Shown one piece after another: positions 13,258 to 25,739 of a DNA stretch of 64,000 nucleotides. A model generated the notes under the pieces. The model was not told where the DNA came from and did not search any database. It saw only the letters and a program-made list of their open reading frames with translations. The first letter of the stretch is position 1; every line of letters starts with the position of its first letter. The position numbers and the translations under genes are program-made. The stretch is taken from contig JAHRHZ010000018.1 in NCBI GenBank assembly GCA_024137785.1, positions 38,550,112 to 38,614,111 on the forward strand. The letters run 5' to 3'. Origin of the DNA: Ginglymostoma cirratum. Taxonomy: Eukaryota.

Positions 13258-13434
13258 GAGTTTTCCTGCTCCTATGATGCTGCTTGACCTGCTGTGTTCA
13301 TCCAGCCCCATGCTTGTTATCTCGGATTCTCCAGCATCTGCAGTACCTTTTATCTCTTTTAACTCTATGGAGTAAGTTTGTCCTGAGACCAGACCATGAA
13401 AATGCCATTTGTTGGAACGTAGTTTTTTAAAAAT

Positions 13435-13750
13435 TCTTTTGTAAGTGTGCCTGGTAAGACTAGCATTTATCATCTATCAACTTTTCCAGATCAATTAAGA
13501 GCCAGCCATCTTGTGATGGGTCTGGGGGTCACCTGCAGGTCATACCAAGTAAGGACAGGAAGTTTCCTGCCCTCAAGGGCATAAGTAAATCAGCTGAAAT
13601 TTTACAACAATTTCAATTCCAGATTTTATTCATGGAATTTCAATTCCACAAAAAGGGTGTGGTGGGGTCGGAACCCATTTCCCAAAGCATTAGTCGAGGG
13701 CTCTGGATTAGAGAGAGTCCAGTGATATAGCCACTATACAACCAGCCTCA
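13435..13750 (-). mobile_element. tRNA-derived SINE (SlmI/MetaSINE-like)
   Basis: The reverse complement has a tRNA-like head (taatccagagccc...gggttccgaccccacc), core ggaaacttcctgtccttacttggt...gtgacccccagaccc and tail ataaatgctagtctt. Confidence 0.6.
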
Positions 13751-14422
13751 CCATTCTAAATATATGAGACAGAAACTAGCCTTACATGCCCCAATTTTCT
13801 CATTTCTGATCTCTCACTCAACACTTAATAAGCTTGAAATTCTGCCACATGTAATCTATCCAACTCACCAATCACTATTCCATATTGGCCTTCAACCTAT
13901 CCCAAACACCTTAATTTTCAAAGTTTTATCCTTGTCTGTATATCTTTATGTCACTCCACCTCAGCAGGATGGTTGGTGGGGGGGCAAGTATCAGACAGGT
14001 TGACAGCTCCTGGCAGCAGGAAGTCCTCCCTCTGAGGTCCCACTGTTCACTAAACTAGCACAGCTACAGCATGTTATGGCTATGCAGCAGGCACTCTCAG
14101 AGCAGCACGGCGTTCAGCTGACTGTCCTTCAAGGATAGGGGTGCAAGAGCGGTCCACCCCTACTCATAAAACGCAACCTACGATGTACTTCAAACTCCAA
14201 CTTTGCATGCACCTCTCTTGGCCCACAGTCCCAACTCTAGAATACCATTCCAAACCCAACTCTCCCCCTTGCCTCCATTCAGTTCCTCAAAAACTCTTCC
14301 ACCAAGTTCCTGAGCACTCTTCCTATACTTTCCTTTCTTAGCTCAAAAGCTATGATTTGTAATCCTATCCGCAAAGAACCTCGCAGCATTTTCGTATTGA
14401 ACATTCTATACGAATTAAAGTT

Positions 14423-15222
14423 AACACAGTGTAGAGCTGGAGGAACACAGCAGACCAGGCAGCATCATGGGAGCAGGAAAGTTGACGTTTCAGGTCGGGA
14501 CCCTTCTTCAGAAATGGGGAGGGGCAAGGGAGCTCAGAAATAAATAGAGAGAGGAGGGATGGGGCTGGGGAAGGTAGGTGGAATGGTGATAGGTGGGTGC
14601 AGGTAGGCAGTGGTGGGGATTGGTCAATGGGATGCTTGGACCAGACAAGTGGGAGAGAAGATGGACAGGTTGTGTCAGGTCAAGGAGGTGGGGATGAGAG
14701 GGAGGGTTGGGCATGGGTTGAGGCCGGGGTTGGGGAGATTTTAAAACTGATGAGCTCCATGTTTAGGCCATCGGGCTGTCAGCTCCTAAGGCGGAATATG
14801 AGGTGCCGTTCCTCCAGTTTATGTGTGGTGTCATTGTGACACTGGAGGAGGCCCAGGATGGACATGTCACCCAGGGAGTGGAAGGCGGAGTTAAAATGTT
14901 GGCAACTGGAAGATGTTGTCATTTGTCGCAAACAGAGCGCAGATGCTCTACGAAACAGTCTCCATGTCTATGCTTGGTTTCACCGATGTAGAGGAGGCCA
15001 CATCAGGATCAGCGGATACAGGAGACCAAGTTGATGGATGTGCAGGTGAACCCCTGCCTGATACGGAAGGTTTGTTTTGTGCTTTGGATGGAATTGAGGG
15101 GGGAGGTGTAGGGACAGGTGTAGCACTTCCTGCAGTTGCAGGGAAAGGTGCCAGGGTGGTGGGGTTAGCGGGGAGCGTGTTGTCTCTGACTCCAGCATCT
15201 GCAGTTCTTGCTATCTATCACC
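14423..15222 (-). mobile_element. 5'-truncated Penelope-like element: GIY-YIG endonuclease remnant, 3' repeat with hammerhead core (14484-14511) and inverted tail
   Basis: Homologous to 42150-42980; CTGAAGA A GGGTCCCGACCT GAAACGTC on the minus strand; tail in opposite orientation at about 15178-15217; imperfect 15-bp TSD (13/15) at 14408-14422 and 15223-15237. Confidence 0.85.
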
Positions 15223-16129
15223 ATACAAGTTAAAGTTGTTCTTGATGGTAGGGTCAATTGGTCTTATTCCATGGAAGGGACAAGCGTTATTGGTAAAGTG
15301 GCCTTATCTTGTTTCATAAGTTATTTTTTTCTAACTGCAGATCCTAAAGGTGAAGAAAAGAACAGATGGAGTCAAGCCAAGATTTTTATCAGCTCAGTCA
15401 TCTCCACACTGTATTAGTGAATGGAACCTCACCAATGATATAGGACCCCTGGAGGTATATTCTCCGTTAGTTTAGCATCAAAATTCAGTTCAGCATTGTG
15501 TTTGCACTGCTGTCTTATGTCAAGAGACAATTTGACCACAAAACTTGAAAGTTATTTGAAACAGGATATTTCAGGTAAGACAATTTATTTGTGCAATTTT
15601 GAAAAAGGAATGCCTTATCTATTTAAAAAAGAGCTCACTCTTAAAGATATAGCTTCCAAGAAACATCACAAAAAGTACTTTGCTGCCGACAATGGCAAAA
15701 AAAAATACAAGATTTGTATTTTGATAGAGAGAAAATAACTTAAAATAAATGTTTGTTTCCCTTGATAATTTTAAGAGCTGAGTTTACATCTAATAACATT
15801 TGTTGTAAATATGCTTCCATTTCCGCTGCAGAATACAATCACGTTCCCTTGTTGGCTAGGGAAACTTGAATGACACTTAAACTGTGAAAATACCTAGATT
15901 TTGCAATATCTGAAGCAAAGGCGTGGGGAAAAATTTCATTTGCATTTTCATCCATTTGCCTGGTACGTATCCTGCTTTTTGTAAATTGGATATATAGTGA
16001 TGGGAGCATTGTGACATGTATCCAGTTTACCCGTTTCCATCAGTATTTGTGAAATCAATTTTTCTGTCTATTCAGAATGTGGAAAATGTTACTCAAGGTA
16101 GTGTCCATTGGATGTTCTCTTCAGTTGCT

Positions 16130-17045
16130 TCATTAGTGACTTTCCCTCCATCATATGGTCAGAGTGAGGATACTTGTTGATGATTGCGCATTGTTCAGCA
16201 CCATTCCCAACTCCACAGGCAGTCCATGTCTAAATGCTGCAAGACAAGGACAATATTCCAGTGTGGGCTGATAAGTGACAAATAACACTTATGCCACTGA
16301 GGCGCCAGGCAATGACCATCTCCAACAAGACAAAATCTAACCATTGCCCCTTAACATTCATTGACATTACCATCACTAAATTCCACGCTGTCAATATTCC
16401 GGGGTTACCATATATCAGAAACTGAACTGTACTAGCCATATAAGTACTGCAGCTATGAGACAACTCAAAGGCTAGGAATCCTGCAATGTATAACTTACCT
16501 CCTGACTCTCCAAAGCCTGTCCACCACCTACAGGGCATACGTCAGGAGAGTGATAGAATACTCCACACTTATCTGGATGGGTATAGCTCCAACGACACTC
16601 AATAAGCTTGATGCCATCCAATGCAAATCAACCTATTTGATTGGCATCACATCCGCAAATATCCACTTCCTCCTCCACTGGTACGACAGCAGTGAGTACT
16701 GTCTACAATATACACCGCAGAAATTCACCAAAGCTCCTCAGAACACGTCTTCCAGAACCATGACCACTTCCATCTAGAAGGACAAGAGCAGCAAATACAT
16801 GAGAACACCACCATCTACAAGTTCCCCTCCAAGCCATTCAACATCCCGACTTGGAAATACATCAGCATCCCTTCAGTGTCACTGGGCAAAACCCTGGAAT
16901 TCCCTCCCTAAGGGCATTGTGGGTCTACCTACAGCACATGGACTGCTGCAGTTCAAGAAGGCAGCTCACCACTACCTTCTCAAGGGCAACTAGGAATGGA
17001 TGATAAACTGCGGTGAAGTCAATATCCCATGAATGAATAAAAAAA
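16130..17045 (+). mobile_element. CR1-clade LINE 3' fragment (RT C-terminus to A-rich tail)
   Basis: Decayed (F)ADDC motif near 16175 and typical end aaggcagctcaccactaccttctcaagggcaactagg...catgaatgaataaaaaa. Confidence 0.75.
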
Positions 17046-17885
17046 GGGAGCAGTGCTCACAACAAGATGCTTTGGAGTCAAAGAATCATCTACTTCAGTG
17101 TCAGCACAAAAACAATGATTAGTATAAAGTTGACCTAGGATCCAGTTATTATTTTGCTTTTGCTTATCCACTAACCTGAACGCGTGTAGCTAAAATTAAC
17201 TCACATTCATATCCACTTATGTGAAAAATAATCAGCAGCCCATTCTAACAATGACTACACTTAAAAGGTACTTTATTGGATGCAAAATGCTTTGGGACTT
17301 CCTGAGAACGAGACAGGGGCTACATAAATGCAGTTTGCTTTTTTCTTTCCTCCTCTGACCTATTGAATGCTCTTCCAAACCACATTGTTTTCTTCCAAAA
17401 GTTATTGATTGTCTAGCACATTTTAAATCTACCAAAAATAGAAAATATGCCTTGACTACCAATTGCTGAGTGCTAACGCTGGTATCATTACACTTTGCGG
17501 CTATTACATTAAACAGTAGATATATACATTAAATAGGTGTTAATAGATCATGCACAATAAAAATATGTTCTACACAAAATAGACTTTCTCATATTTTCAG
17601 AAGAAGAACCAGAAATGTAGGCAATGTGCAAAAAGTCGCAACTACCAATTTCATCTTGGTAAATCTGTCAATAAAAGGATCAGCCAGCTATGTTCGCATG
17701 GAGCTGAACTTGTCTCTCTCCGACAATTTTAATAGTTAAGTAAATGGCATAAAAAGTGAAGCCTTCAGGTCGAGAGCACTAACAGCCAATTTGTCTCTTT
17801 CCAGGATTACTCAATTACAGAAACATAGTGCAAAGTGAAGAAAGGGCTTTCTTAAATGGTAATCAAGAATAATTTGAAGCAAATT

Positions 17886-18075
17886 AAAAATAAAATTTTG
17901 TAGATTCTGGAAATGACAAGAAAAAACTGAAAGAACTGGAGATGCTCAGTCTGTCAGGCAGAGCATCTGTGAAAAGAAGCAACCAGATGAAGGGTTATGC
18001 CTGAAATGTTAACTGGTCACTTCTCCACAGATGCTCTGCCTGATTCACTGAACGTTTCCAACATTTTTGTTTTGT
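17886..18075. mobile_element. Old fold-back PLE-derived element with degenerate hammerhead on the plus strand
   Basis: Inverted arms tcaggcagagcatctgtg (about 17954-17971) and cacagatgctctgcctga (about 18026-18043) around cagatga-agggttatgcct-gaaatgtt. Confidence 0.65.
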
Positions 18076-18899
18076 ACTAAATTACGTGGGGGAAACATAA
18101 CAGAAGTGGTCAGGTGCAGCATCAATGCTTAACTAAGAGGAAAGATCTTGAAATATCACAATTGCAGAACACTACATTAAAATATGAGACAGAAGACAAT
18201 AAATCTTATCCTAATTACTGAAAACCGTATAAAGGTGCAGTAATACTCGTATTTACGTACAATGTGAATGTGAGTGATTGGGGATGATATTCTTCACATT
18301 TTCACTTGTTAATCATTTTATTAATAATTTGACTTCTTCCTATTCTCTTTGTTAAGTACAAAGGCAATGTTTTAAAATACGCCAACAGTGATTTTTTTTT
18401 AGAAGATGTCAGCTTTGGTATATTAAAGTAGAAAACCTACATCAGGTTTAATGTTATAATGATGGGCAACAAAGAATTCTCATTTCTTTTTATGGGAAAC
18501 CAATATTAAATGCACTTGCAACATTAACAAGCTACAGTTTTCATTTTGACATATTTAAACCTTCTGATTTAAAATAAATGAAACTTTTAATTAAAAAAGT
18601 GATTTTGATGCTTGATATGCATCACTTAGCTGCTCTACACTGTAATGTATTCCTATTGCACCCAAGATGAGAAAGAACCTTTTCTTGAATGGGATTGTTG
18701 AGTTTTACAGCGCTGCCTTCACAATTTCTCATCCTACTCTGACATCTCCCCAATGCTTGGATAATCTCCCTTCTTCCCCCATTGTGTTACACATTTACCT
18801 ACTGGAACATCATCTTCATCACCTTGTTCTGCATGCTACATTGAGAAAAAGCTAAGTCACATATTTACTATACCCATAAATGCATAGGAAGTGATCAAA

Positions 18900-19135
18900 A
18901 TCATGAAATCATAGACCCCCCTACAGTGTGGACACAGGCCATTTGGCCCATCAAGTCCACACCAACCCTCTGAAGAGTATTCCAGCTGGACCTCTCCCCC
19001 CCTCCCCCACCACCCACCCACCCTAACCCTGTAATCCTGCATATCCTATGGCTAATCCACTTAACCTACACATCCCTGGACACTGTGGGAAATTTAGCAT
19101 GGCCAATCCATCTAGCCTGCACATCTTTGGACTGG
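18900..19135 (-). mobile_element. HE1/V-SINE 3' fragment
   Basis: Reverse complement of the 3' half of the SINEs at 45762 and 53545 (agtccaaagatgtgcaggctagatggattggccatgctaaatt...). Confidence 0.75.
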
Positions 19136-19752
19136 CTGAAATGTTCTTTGCAATTATGGATATTTGTTGGGAAGTTTCAATAGCTTATTTGTTCTTCTTC
19201 ATCTCCATAACATTGGCAGAAGTAACCTCATTCAAAACTGACAGAGCAAGAGAAAATTCTTGAGAAAAGACCCTGTGATTGGTACCTAAATTGATCCTGA
19301 AAATGACAAATACTATCATTGTTTCATTTTCTATTTAATTTGGGGAGTGCTCAAATACCAATGTTTTCAATTTCACTTTCCAGACTAAAGTATGTTCTAA
19401 TTGCTTTAAAGCTAGTGATGGAAGCTATGCATGACAAATAACATCACAAATCAAGCAATTATATTTGCATCTTATATTTATAGAGCACCTTCAATGTAAT
19501 GGAACTTAGGACACTTCATATACACAATAGAAAACTATGTGCAACACCAAACCAAATAAGGAAATATTAGTTTGGATGGAGGAAAGCATAGGTTTTTCTG
19601 GAATATCGTAAAGGAGAAAGGCAAGGGAAAGAGATGAAAGAGATGAAAAAGGGAAGGTATTCCTGAGCCTGAGACCTGAAGGCAAGGCTGCCAATGATGG
19701 AAAAAGTAAACTCCAAGCCTGAATGAGAGTAGTACGGATATTGTGCATGGTT

Positions 19753-19893
19753 AAAAACTGAAAGAACTGTGGATGCTGTAAATCAGGAACAAACACAAAG
19801 TTGCTGGAGAAACTCAGCAGGTCTGGCAGCATCTGTGAAGGAAAAAACAGAGTTAACATTTTGGGTCCGGTGACCCTTCCTTCCATCCACTCT
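19753..19893 (-). mobile_element. Short PLE-derived terminal repeat (second family) with degenerate hammerhead, inserted into an L2-like remnant
   Basis: Minus strand ggaagggtcaccggacccaaaatgttaactc...; TSD ATTGTG(C/G)ATGGTT at 19740-19752 and 19894-19906. Confidence 0.75.
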
Positions 19894-22832
19894 ATTGTGG
19901 ATGGTTGTTGTGTCGGAGGAGATTACAGGGAGAAAAATATAGAGCCATGGAGGGATTTGAAAAATAAGGTTGAGAATTGTAAAACAAGATAACCTGACAT
20001 AAAACTACATAGACTGGAGTACATGTTGCTACAGGACTAAAATTTTCTGAACATTGTCATGAAACAAATGTTCAGCTTGCCACATTGGTAGATAATTTTA
20101 CCTTTATCTTCTGGGTTAAACTGGGCTTTGGTGCTCACTGAAGTGAAACTGATGGCAAATAAAATGTGAACATTTCATTGATTAGAAACGTTAAGTCAGT
20201 GTTAAGCTTAGTGGCAATGGTGCCAAGTGTTTTCTTAATCATCTCAATATTAAACTCGAAACAAAGGGTCATCCTGATGCTGCAGCACAGTTTTTTTCCA
20301 TTATCAACCATGACCATCTGGCACCAAAATTGGCAAACATGTGGTGCAGATTTTGTTATGGATTCCTGTTCACTGAACTGATGCTGAGTCTGGCAGCAAC
20401 CAGTTCTGAGTGTAAACCAGAACAACAAGCAATGAGATGTGCTGGATTAAAACTCTATACATGCACATGGTAATTTCACTCCTTCTGACAGGATAAGCTT
20501 TGAAGTTGATTTTGATTTTCAAACATATTTTTGGTAACATCGCTTCCAGTCACAATTACTGCAATCCATTTATCTGGATGGACAATCCCAAAAACAAGCA
20601 AGGTTGTCCAACAAGAAAATGTTTATACCAACCATCCTTTAAATTAATGCATGAAATTAATGTGAAATTCATCTATTGTCTACACCCAGTTGCCCTGAAT
20701 AGGTGGTGATGCGCAATCTTGAAGTGTTGTAGTTTGTTGGTGAAGTCCTCAATATCCTGCCCCTTTAACCTGTCTCGATTCTAAGTTTGGAGAAGCCTCC
20801 CTCATAACTGTAACAGACCCCCACTGCAGGCATGTGAGACTCCAAGAAAGCAGCCCTGCAAGGTCCTCCATGCTCCAGAATACACCATCATATCAATTTA
20901 TGGTCAAACACATTCCACCCAACCTTTACATTTCCCTCAACATTGGTTTGTGCACAATTCGAGACTAAGGTTCCAGCATGCGTTGGCATGAAGGTTTGAA
21001 TAATGCCACAGAAATTGAGAACTCTTGCTTGTCCATGTGCTGTCTTCAATGTTATAGTAGAGTGCCCCAAAAGAGCAGTGGGAGTGACTCATATGGAGAC
21101 ACAGCACCCAGGCTCTGTGAGTAGGAGAGTCTGGCACTGGAACCTGAATTAGGCTGAGGGATACCCTGTACCCAGCAGGGAGAAGGAACATTCCCCCAGC
21201 CTGTACAGGTCAGGCAATCACAGCTGCAGCGAACACTACAAGGGAATAAGGGAAATCTTAAATTCAAAGCCACAAGCAGTTCCACGACTTGTTGTGGTCA
21301 AGCAAGGTGAATGTTTAACAGAAGTGCCTGGGGGTCTGCTGAGTGACACATTGAAGGGGACACAATTGTTACGTCCCCCTCAACAGCATGATCAAATAAC
21401 CATGACACTGTAACTCCAAGCATTGATGGGGACCCGTCTCAATCCCCAGTCTGGAACTATACTGGATTGACAAGGTTTGTCCCTGGTCATTGGATTCAAA
21501 GCCCTTTGCATTAGTGATTAAAAGACAAACTAGAGGGAGATGGTCCTCACTGGTGGGTTGATGCATGAACCCAACGATACTTCGTCCAGAGGAGGACAGG
21601 ACCCGTGCAGATGGCATCTCTGGCGTCTGAGGCCAGGATTGGAGATGGTGAATATGCCATAGTTGAATTGGTGTGAGGGATGGGTATTCAGCATAGGAGA
21701 GGTGGACCAAACATGGGAATTTGGTGTATCATTGAGTGCAAAGGAAGAGTTATAGGCAAGAGTTTTGCTCACATAGTTGTTGAGAGTGACCTGTAATTGC
21801 CTGTATGTTCACAGTGAGCAAGGATTACATGACTTTGCTGTTCTTCCATCTTACACAGATCCCAGTGCTGCATGCATACCAACCAGAGTTTAAAGTCCCT
21901 CGGGCATCAGGAGGAGGAAGAGATGTCCGATTAAGCACCATCCCATCTTATAAACACATAACCAGACACTGGCACTGCAGAGAGATGTAATGTACATTTA
22001 GAATTGGTTGTAGATTGGAAAGGATACAGAACAGAGACTGACTCAGTCATCTGTGCAGAGACACCCTTAGAGGAGGGACAGATTGACAATGATACTCCAA
22101 TTGCCATTGAGGTTAGGGATCATGAGCAATCTAATGGGGCACAGTTCTTGTAGCATCAGATGTATGGACATCTAGCAGGGTTCTCTGAGGTCATTGAAGC
22201 TCAGATAGTGCAAGTGGAGGGGTCCATTATGGTCCTGAGCTCCAGCTTGTCTCAGGGTCTCTTGAGTTCCAAGCCATAGGAGAGCTGCCAATCACTGGAG
22301 AGACACACACAGCATCACATAGACTGCATGTAAGACCAGAATGGTGTCCTGAATGTGGTCTATGGCTAAAAGACTAGCCCTGAGCAATCCATTCAGGGTA
22401 TAAAATACTTGAGAAGTTACATATCCCATGTCAGACGTTCTCATCAGAAACAGTTATTTTCTGGAATAAATGACTGCTGCTGGGGGCCACAATGTAGGAG
22501 TGTCCATGGGCACAAGGAACCCCAGCAATTTCATCACTAATTAATGTTGTGCAATTTCTCAATTTTTAATAGAAGTCCCAAGGGTCAGTGTTGGGACACT
22601 TGCTTTTCATGATATATATTCATGATCCTGACCTTGATGTACAGGGCACAATTTGAGAAATGGTAGATGATATAAAACCTGGAAGCATTGCAAACTATAA
22701 AGGCAAAGACAAGTCAGCAGAATGGGCAGAAAGGTGGCAAACTATGTCCACTGAGGAAAATTGAGAGGTGATTTTGGTAGGAAGAACATGGAGGAACAAT
22801 ATAAAGGCTATAACTCTGAAGGGTGTGTATGA

Positions 22833-22993
22833 AAAAACTAAAAGAACTCCAGATGCTGTAAATCAGAAACAAAAACAGAAGTTGCTGGAAAAGCTCTTAG
22901 GAAGGGTCACTGGACCCAGAACGTTAACTTTGATTTCTCTTCACAAATGCTGCCAGGCCTGCTGAGCTTATCCAGCAACTTCTGTTTCTGTTT
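22833..22993. mobile_element. Fold-back PLE-derived element (second family) with 9-bp TSD
   Basis: aaacagaagttgctggaaaagctc versus gagcttatccagcaacttctgttt; hammerhead remnant ggaagggtcactggacccagaacgtt; TGTGTATGA at 22824-22832 and 22994-23002. Confidence 0.8.
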
Positions 22994-23015
22994 TGTGTAT
23001 GAGCAGAGGATCTGG

Positions 23016-23017
<2 letters not shown>

Positions 23018-23047
<30 letters not shown>
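23018..23047. repeat. (GT)n microsatellite
   Basis: About 15 GT units seen directly. Confidence 0.9.
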
Positions 23048-23049
<2 letters not shown>

Positions 23050-24409
23050 ATATATATGTATATCATTAAAGATGGCAGGACATGTGAAGAAAGCTGTCAA
23101 TAAAACATTCAATATCCAAATTGTATTAATTGTGGCATACAGAACAAAACTTGAATCACTAGTTAAGACATTACCTTGCTGATTGCATACAGTTCTGGAC
23201 ATCTTCGAGAAGAATGTAAAGGCATTGGACAGTGTGCAAAAGGGGTTTATGAGAATGGTTTGAGGGATGAGAATTTTCAGTTGTGCACATAAATTGGAGA
23301 TATTGGCGAGGAGAAGGCTAAGATGAGGCTTGATAGAGAGTTTTAAAACCGTGAGAAGACTAGATCAAATAAATAGGGAGAAAATGTTCCTACTTGTGAA
23401 AGGAGTGAGAATTTGATGGTTATTTGAGAAGGAACAAAGTTCAAGGTTATAGGGAAAAGGCAGAAGAATGGCTTTAGGTGAGATGTTGATTTGGAGAGCC
23501 AGCACACACAGAATAATCTTTCTACACAGCAACAGTTCTATGATTCTGTGATGATGATAATTTTTCTGCAAGAACTAAGATAATTGCCCACAAGTTTTGG
23601 CAGTCTTCAAATGATGGATTGTTGAACATGCCTGCAACTTATACAATGGCAAACTTTGACTCAATGCATGTTCTGTGTAGTTTTTATGTCTTAGAACCTA
23701 AAATCAGCAGAGTTTCTCAGTTATCAACTTCTTGGGCACTGTGTCCATTTAATTGAAATTATTGTTGACTTTTGCCTAGTTAATAGGTATAACATATACT
23801 CTTCAAGGGGAATTTAACTTCAGGGGAGAAGCATCAGGGATGAAAGGTATATACTTCCAAACAATTCATCAGCTACCAATTTGAGTTAAAACAACAATCC
23901 AATATACCAGACCTGCTTGACATATAATCCAGGCTGTTACTCCGGTACACTACAAAAGGATTGCTAAATTGTTAAGGGATGCCAGCACTTGTACTGCCTA
24001 CAATTCTCAACTCTTCTGCTCCGGTGGCAGCTGTAAACACGCTTGCTTACACAGCGTCAGAAAACTCCTCCTGCAGTAGTTGAATATTAAATGTTTGAAC
24101 AGTGCTGAAGGGAGCATCTGCACTGTCTAAACATTTACATTAATTGCAGGCAGTTTTTAAACCAGGTTTGAGATTACACTGGATTTAGATTCGATGCTCT
24201 GTCAATTCAAAGCAATGTCAGAATATGTCTAGAAAATCTCAGACACTCTGAGGTGTCGGGTTGGGACTGAATTTTCAACTTGAACAGTCAGATGGATTTT
24301 GGTTTGTGCCTCTTTTCAGTTCAGATCACCTGCTTCCCAGGGCAGAGGGCTGCAGGGCAAGTACTAAGAAGGGACTTTGGAGCAACCTGACACCTTTGCA
24401 GAAACATTT

Positions 24410-24506
24410 CTGAAGAAGGGTCCTGACCCAATAATGTCAGCTTTCCTGTTCCTCTAATACTGCCTGGCCTGCTATGTTCCTCCAGCTCCACACTGTGTTA
24501 ACTCTA
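24410..24506 (+). mobile_element. Solo PLE terminal repeat starting exactly at the hammerhead CUGAAGA box, 11-bp TSD
   Basis: CTGAAGA A GGGTCCTGACCC aataatgtc (GAAA damaged); CAGAAACATTT at 24399-24409 and 24507-24517. Confidence 0.8.
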
Positions 24507-25739
24507 CAGAAACATTTTGTTTTAAAACACCTACCTCTTGTTGGTGGCCACAGCAGCTGTTGAACAGTCCAGGGTGCATTTACGACAACCCCTGCCCAGC
24601 AAAACTTTGCTTCTGGAATACTAATTTACACATTTTAGGTATCAAACGCTCAATTTCAGACCAAAGAACTTGTTTCTTTCTGCAAAGCAGAAACTGGTCT
24701 ATCCATTTCAGTAGTTTAGAGTACAGTACAAGTTCTGTGGCACTATTGAAGAGATTTCCTAGTGTTCTGATCAACATAATAAAACCAGAAAATGCTAGAA
24801 ATACTAGCAGTAAATACTCAGAACTAATTTAAGAGCTCAAAATGATATCCCAGTTGCTTTCTACACAGTGCAATGTTCACGTTCTTTGAATTCCATCATT
24901 TGCAGTATTTTTCTTTTAGATTTTTGTGCTGATTAACAATCTTCTCTCAATCAATGTCACCTATAGGCAGTTGCATTATTCATGGCGGTTCGTGGACAAT
25001 CATGAATTTGTGAAATGTCACTCATTTAGAATGGTGATCTTTGACAATAAAGCAGAAGTCCTCCGTGTAAGACATCTTGCAATGTTTCAGCACAATACGT
25101 ACTGTATTAAATCATGTTTTTTATTGCATGAAAATTAATCAAATTAATTGCGAACAAAATAATTTTCTTTTACAATTTCTGCAGCCTTATTAGTTCTTGT
25201 CTTCAATGTGTCAGATGTTTTTGGAAGAATTAATTATTTTTGCCCCGACTCCCTCCAATGCTAAAATTGTGTGTTCCTAATTAAAGTAAAGTGCTTGCTA
25301 ATGCTGCAGCAAAGTGTGCCCTCAACTTTGCCCTGACACCTCGCTTTAATGTCAAACACAGAAGAGTACTTTCCATTGTTTGTGATTCCCCTCATCCCGT
25401 CCATTTCTGATCCTTGTAACACTGAGATTCACTCACCATTACTAAAAAGTAAATCGAACATCAAATTTCTGGGACTGCATATAGTCATATGGAAATGCTT
25501 CCCACCTTGTCCTGCTCCTCCAAAACCTGTACTGTAGCAGCATCCTCATTGAGGGATCTAGCACTGGAACCCATGAAAGGGGTATGAAGTTGCCAAACTG
25601 ACAAGGAGAATTCAGGGATAGTACATTTGAAAATGAATATTTCTAAAAATGTGTAAAGTGTTAATTACTGCCCAACAACTTCTAGCTTTGGAATTTTACT
25701 TTTCTAAGCAATCTCATTCCTTCAAATATTGTTTTTAAA

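Larger units (their letters stand above)
13105..13361. mobile_element. Fold-back PLE-derived element: perfect 98-bp inverted arms, one-sided tail and 14-bp TSD
   Basis: Arms 13106-13203 and 13227-13324 are exact reverse complements; tail 13325-13357; direct repeat ACTCTATGGAGTAA at 13091-13104 and 13362-13375. Confidence 0.92.
22570..23560 (+). mobile_element. Degraded CR1/HER1-type LINE 3' region, interrupted by a PLE-derived element and a (GT)n tract
   Basis: cccaagggtcagtgttggga (PQGSVLG motif) at about 22577; tail tctatgattctgtga at about 23540. Confidence 0.7.

Noticed and set aside
20740-22560. Possible Harbinger-like DNA transposon remnant (GC-richer block; similar at 10520-11100)
   Set aside because: I could not read a convincing transposase motif or TIR/TSD pair by eye.
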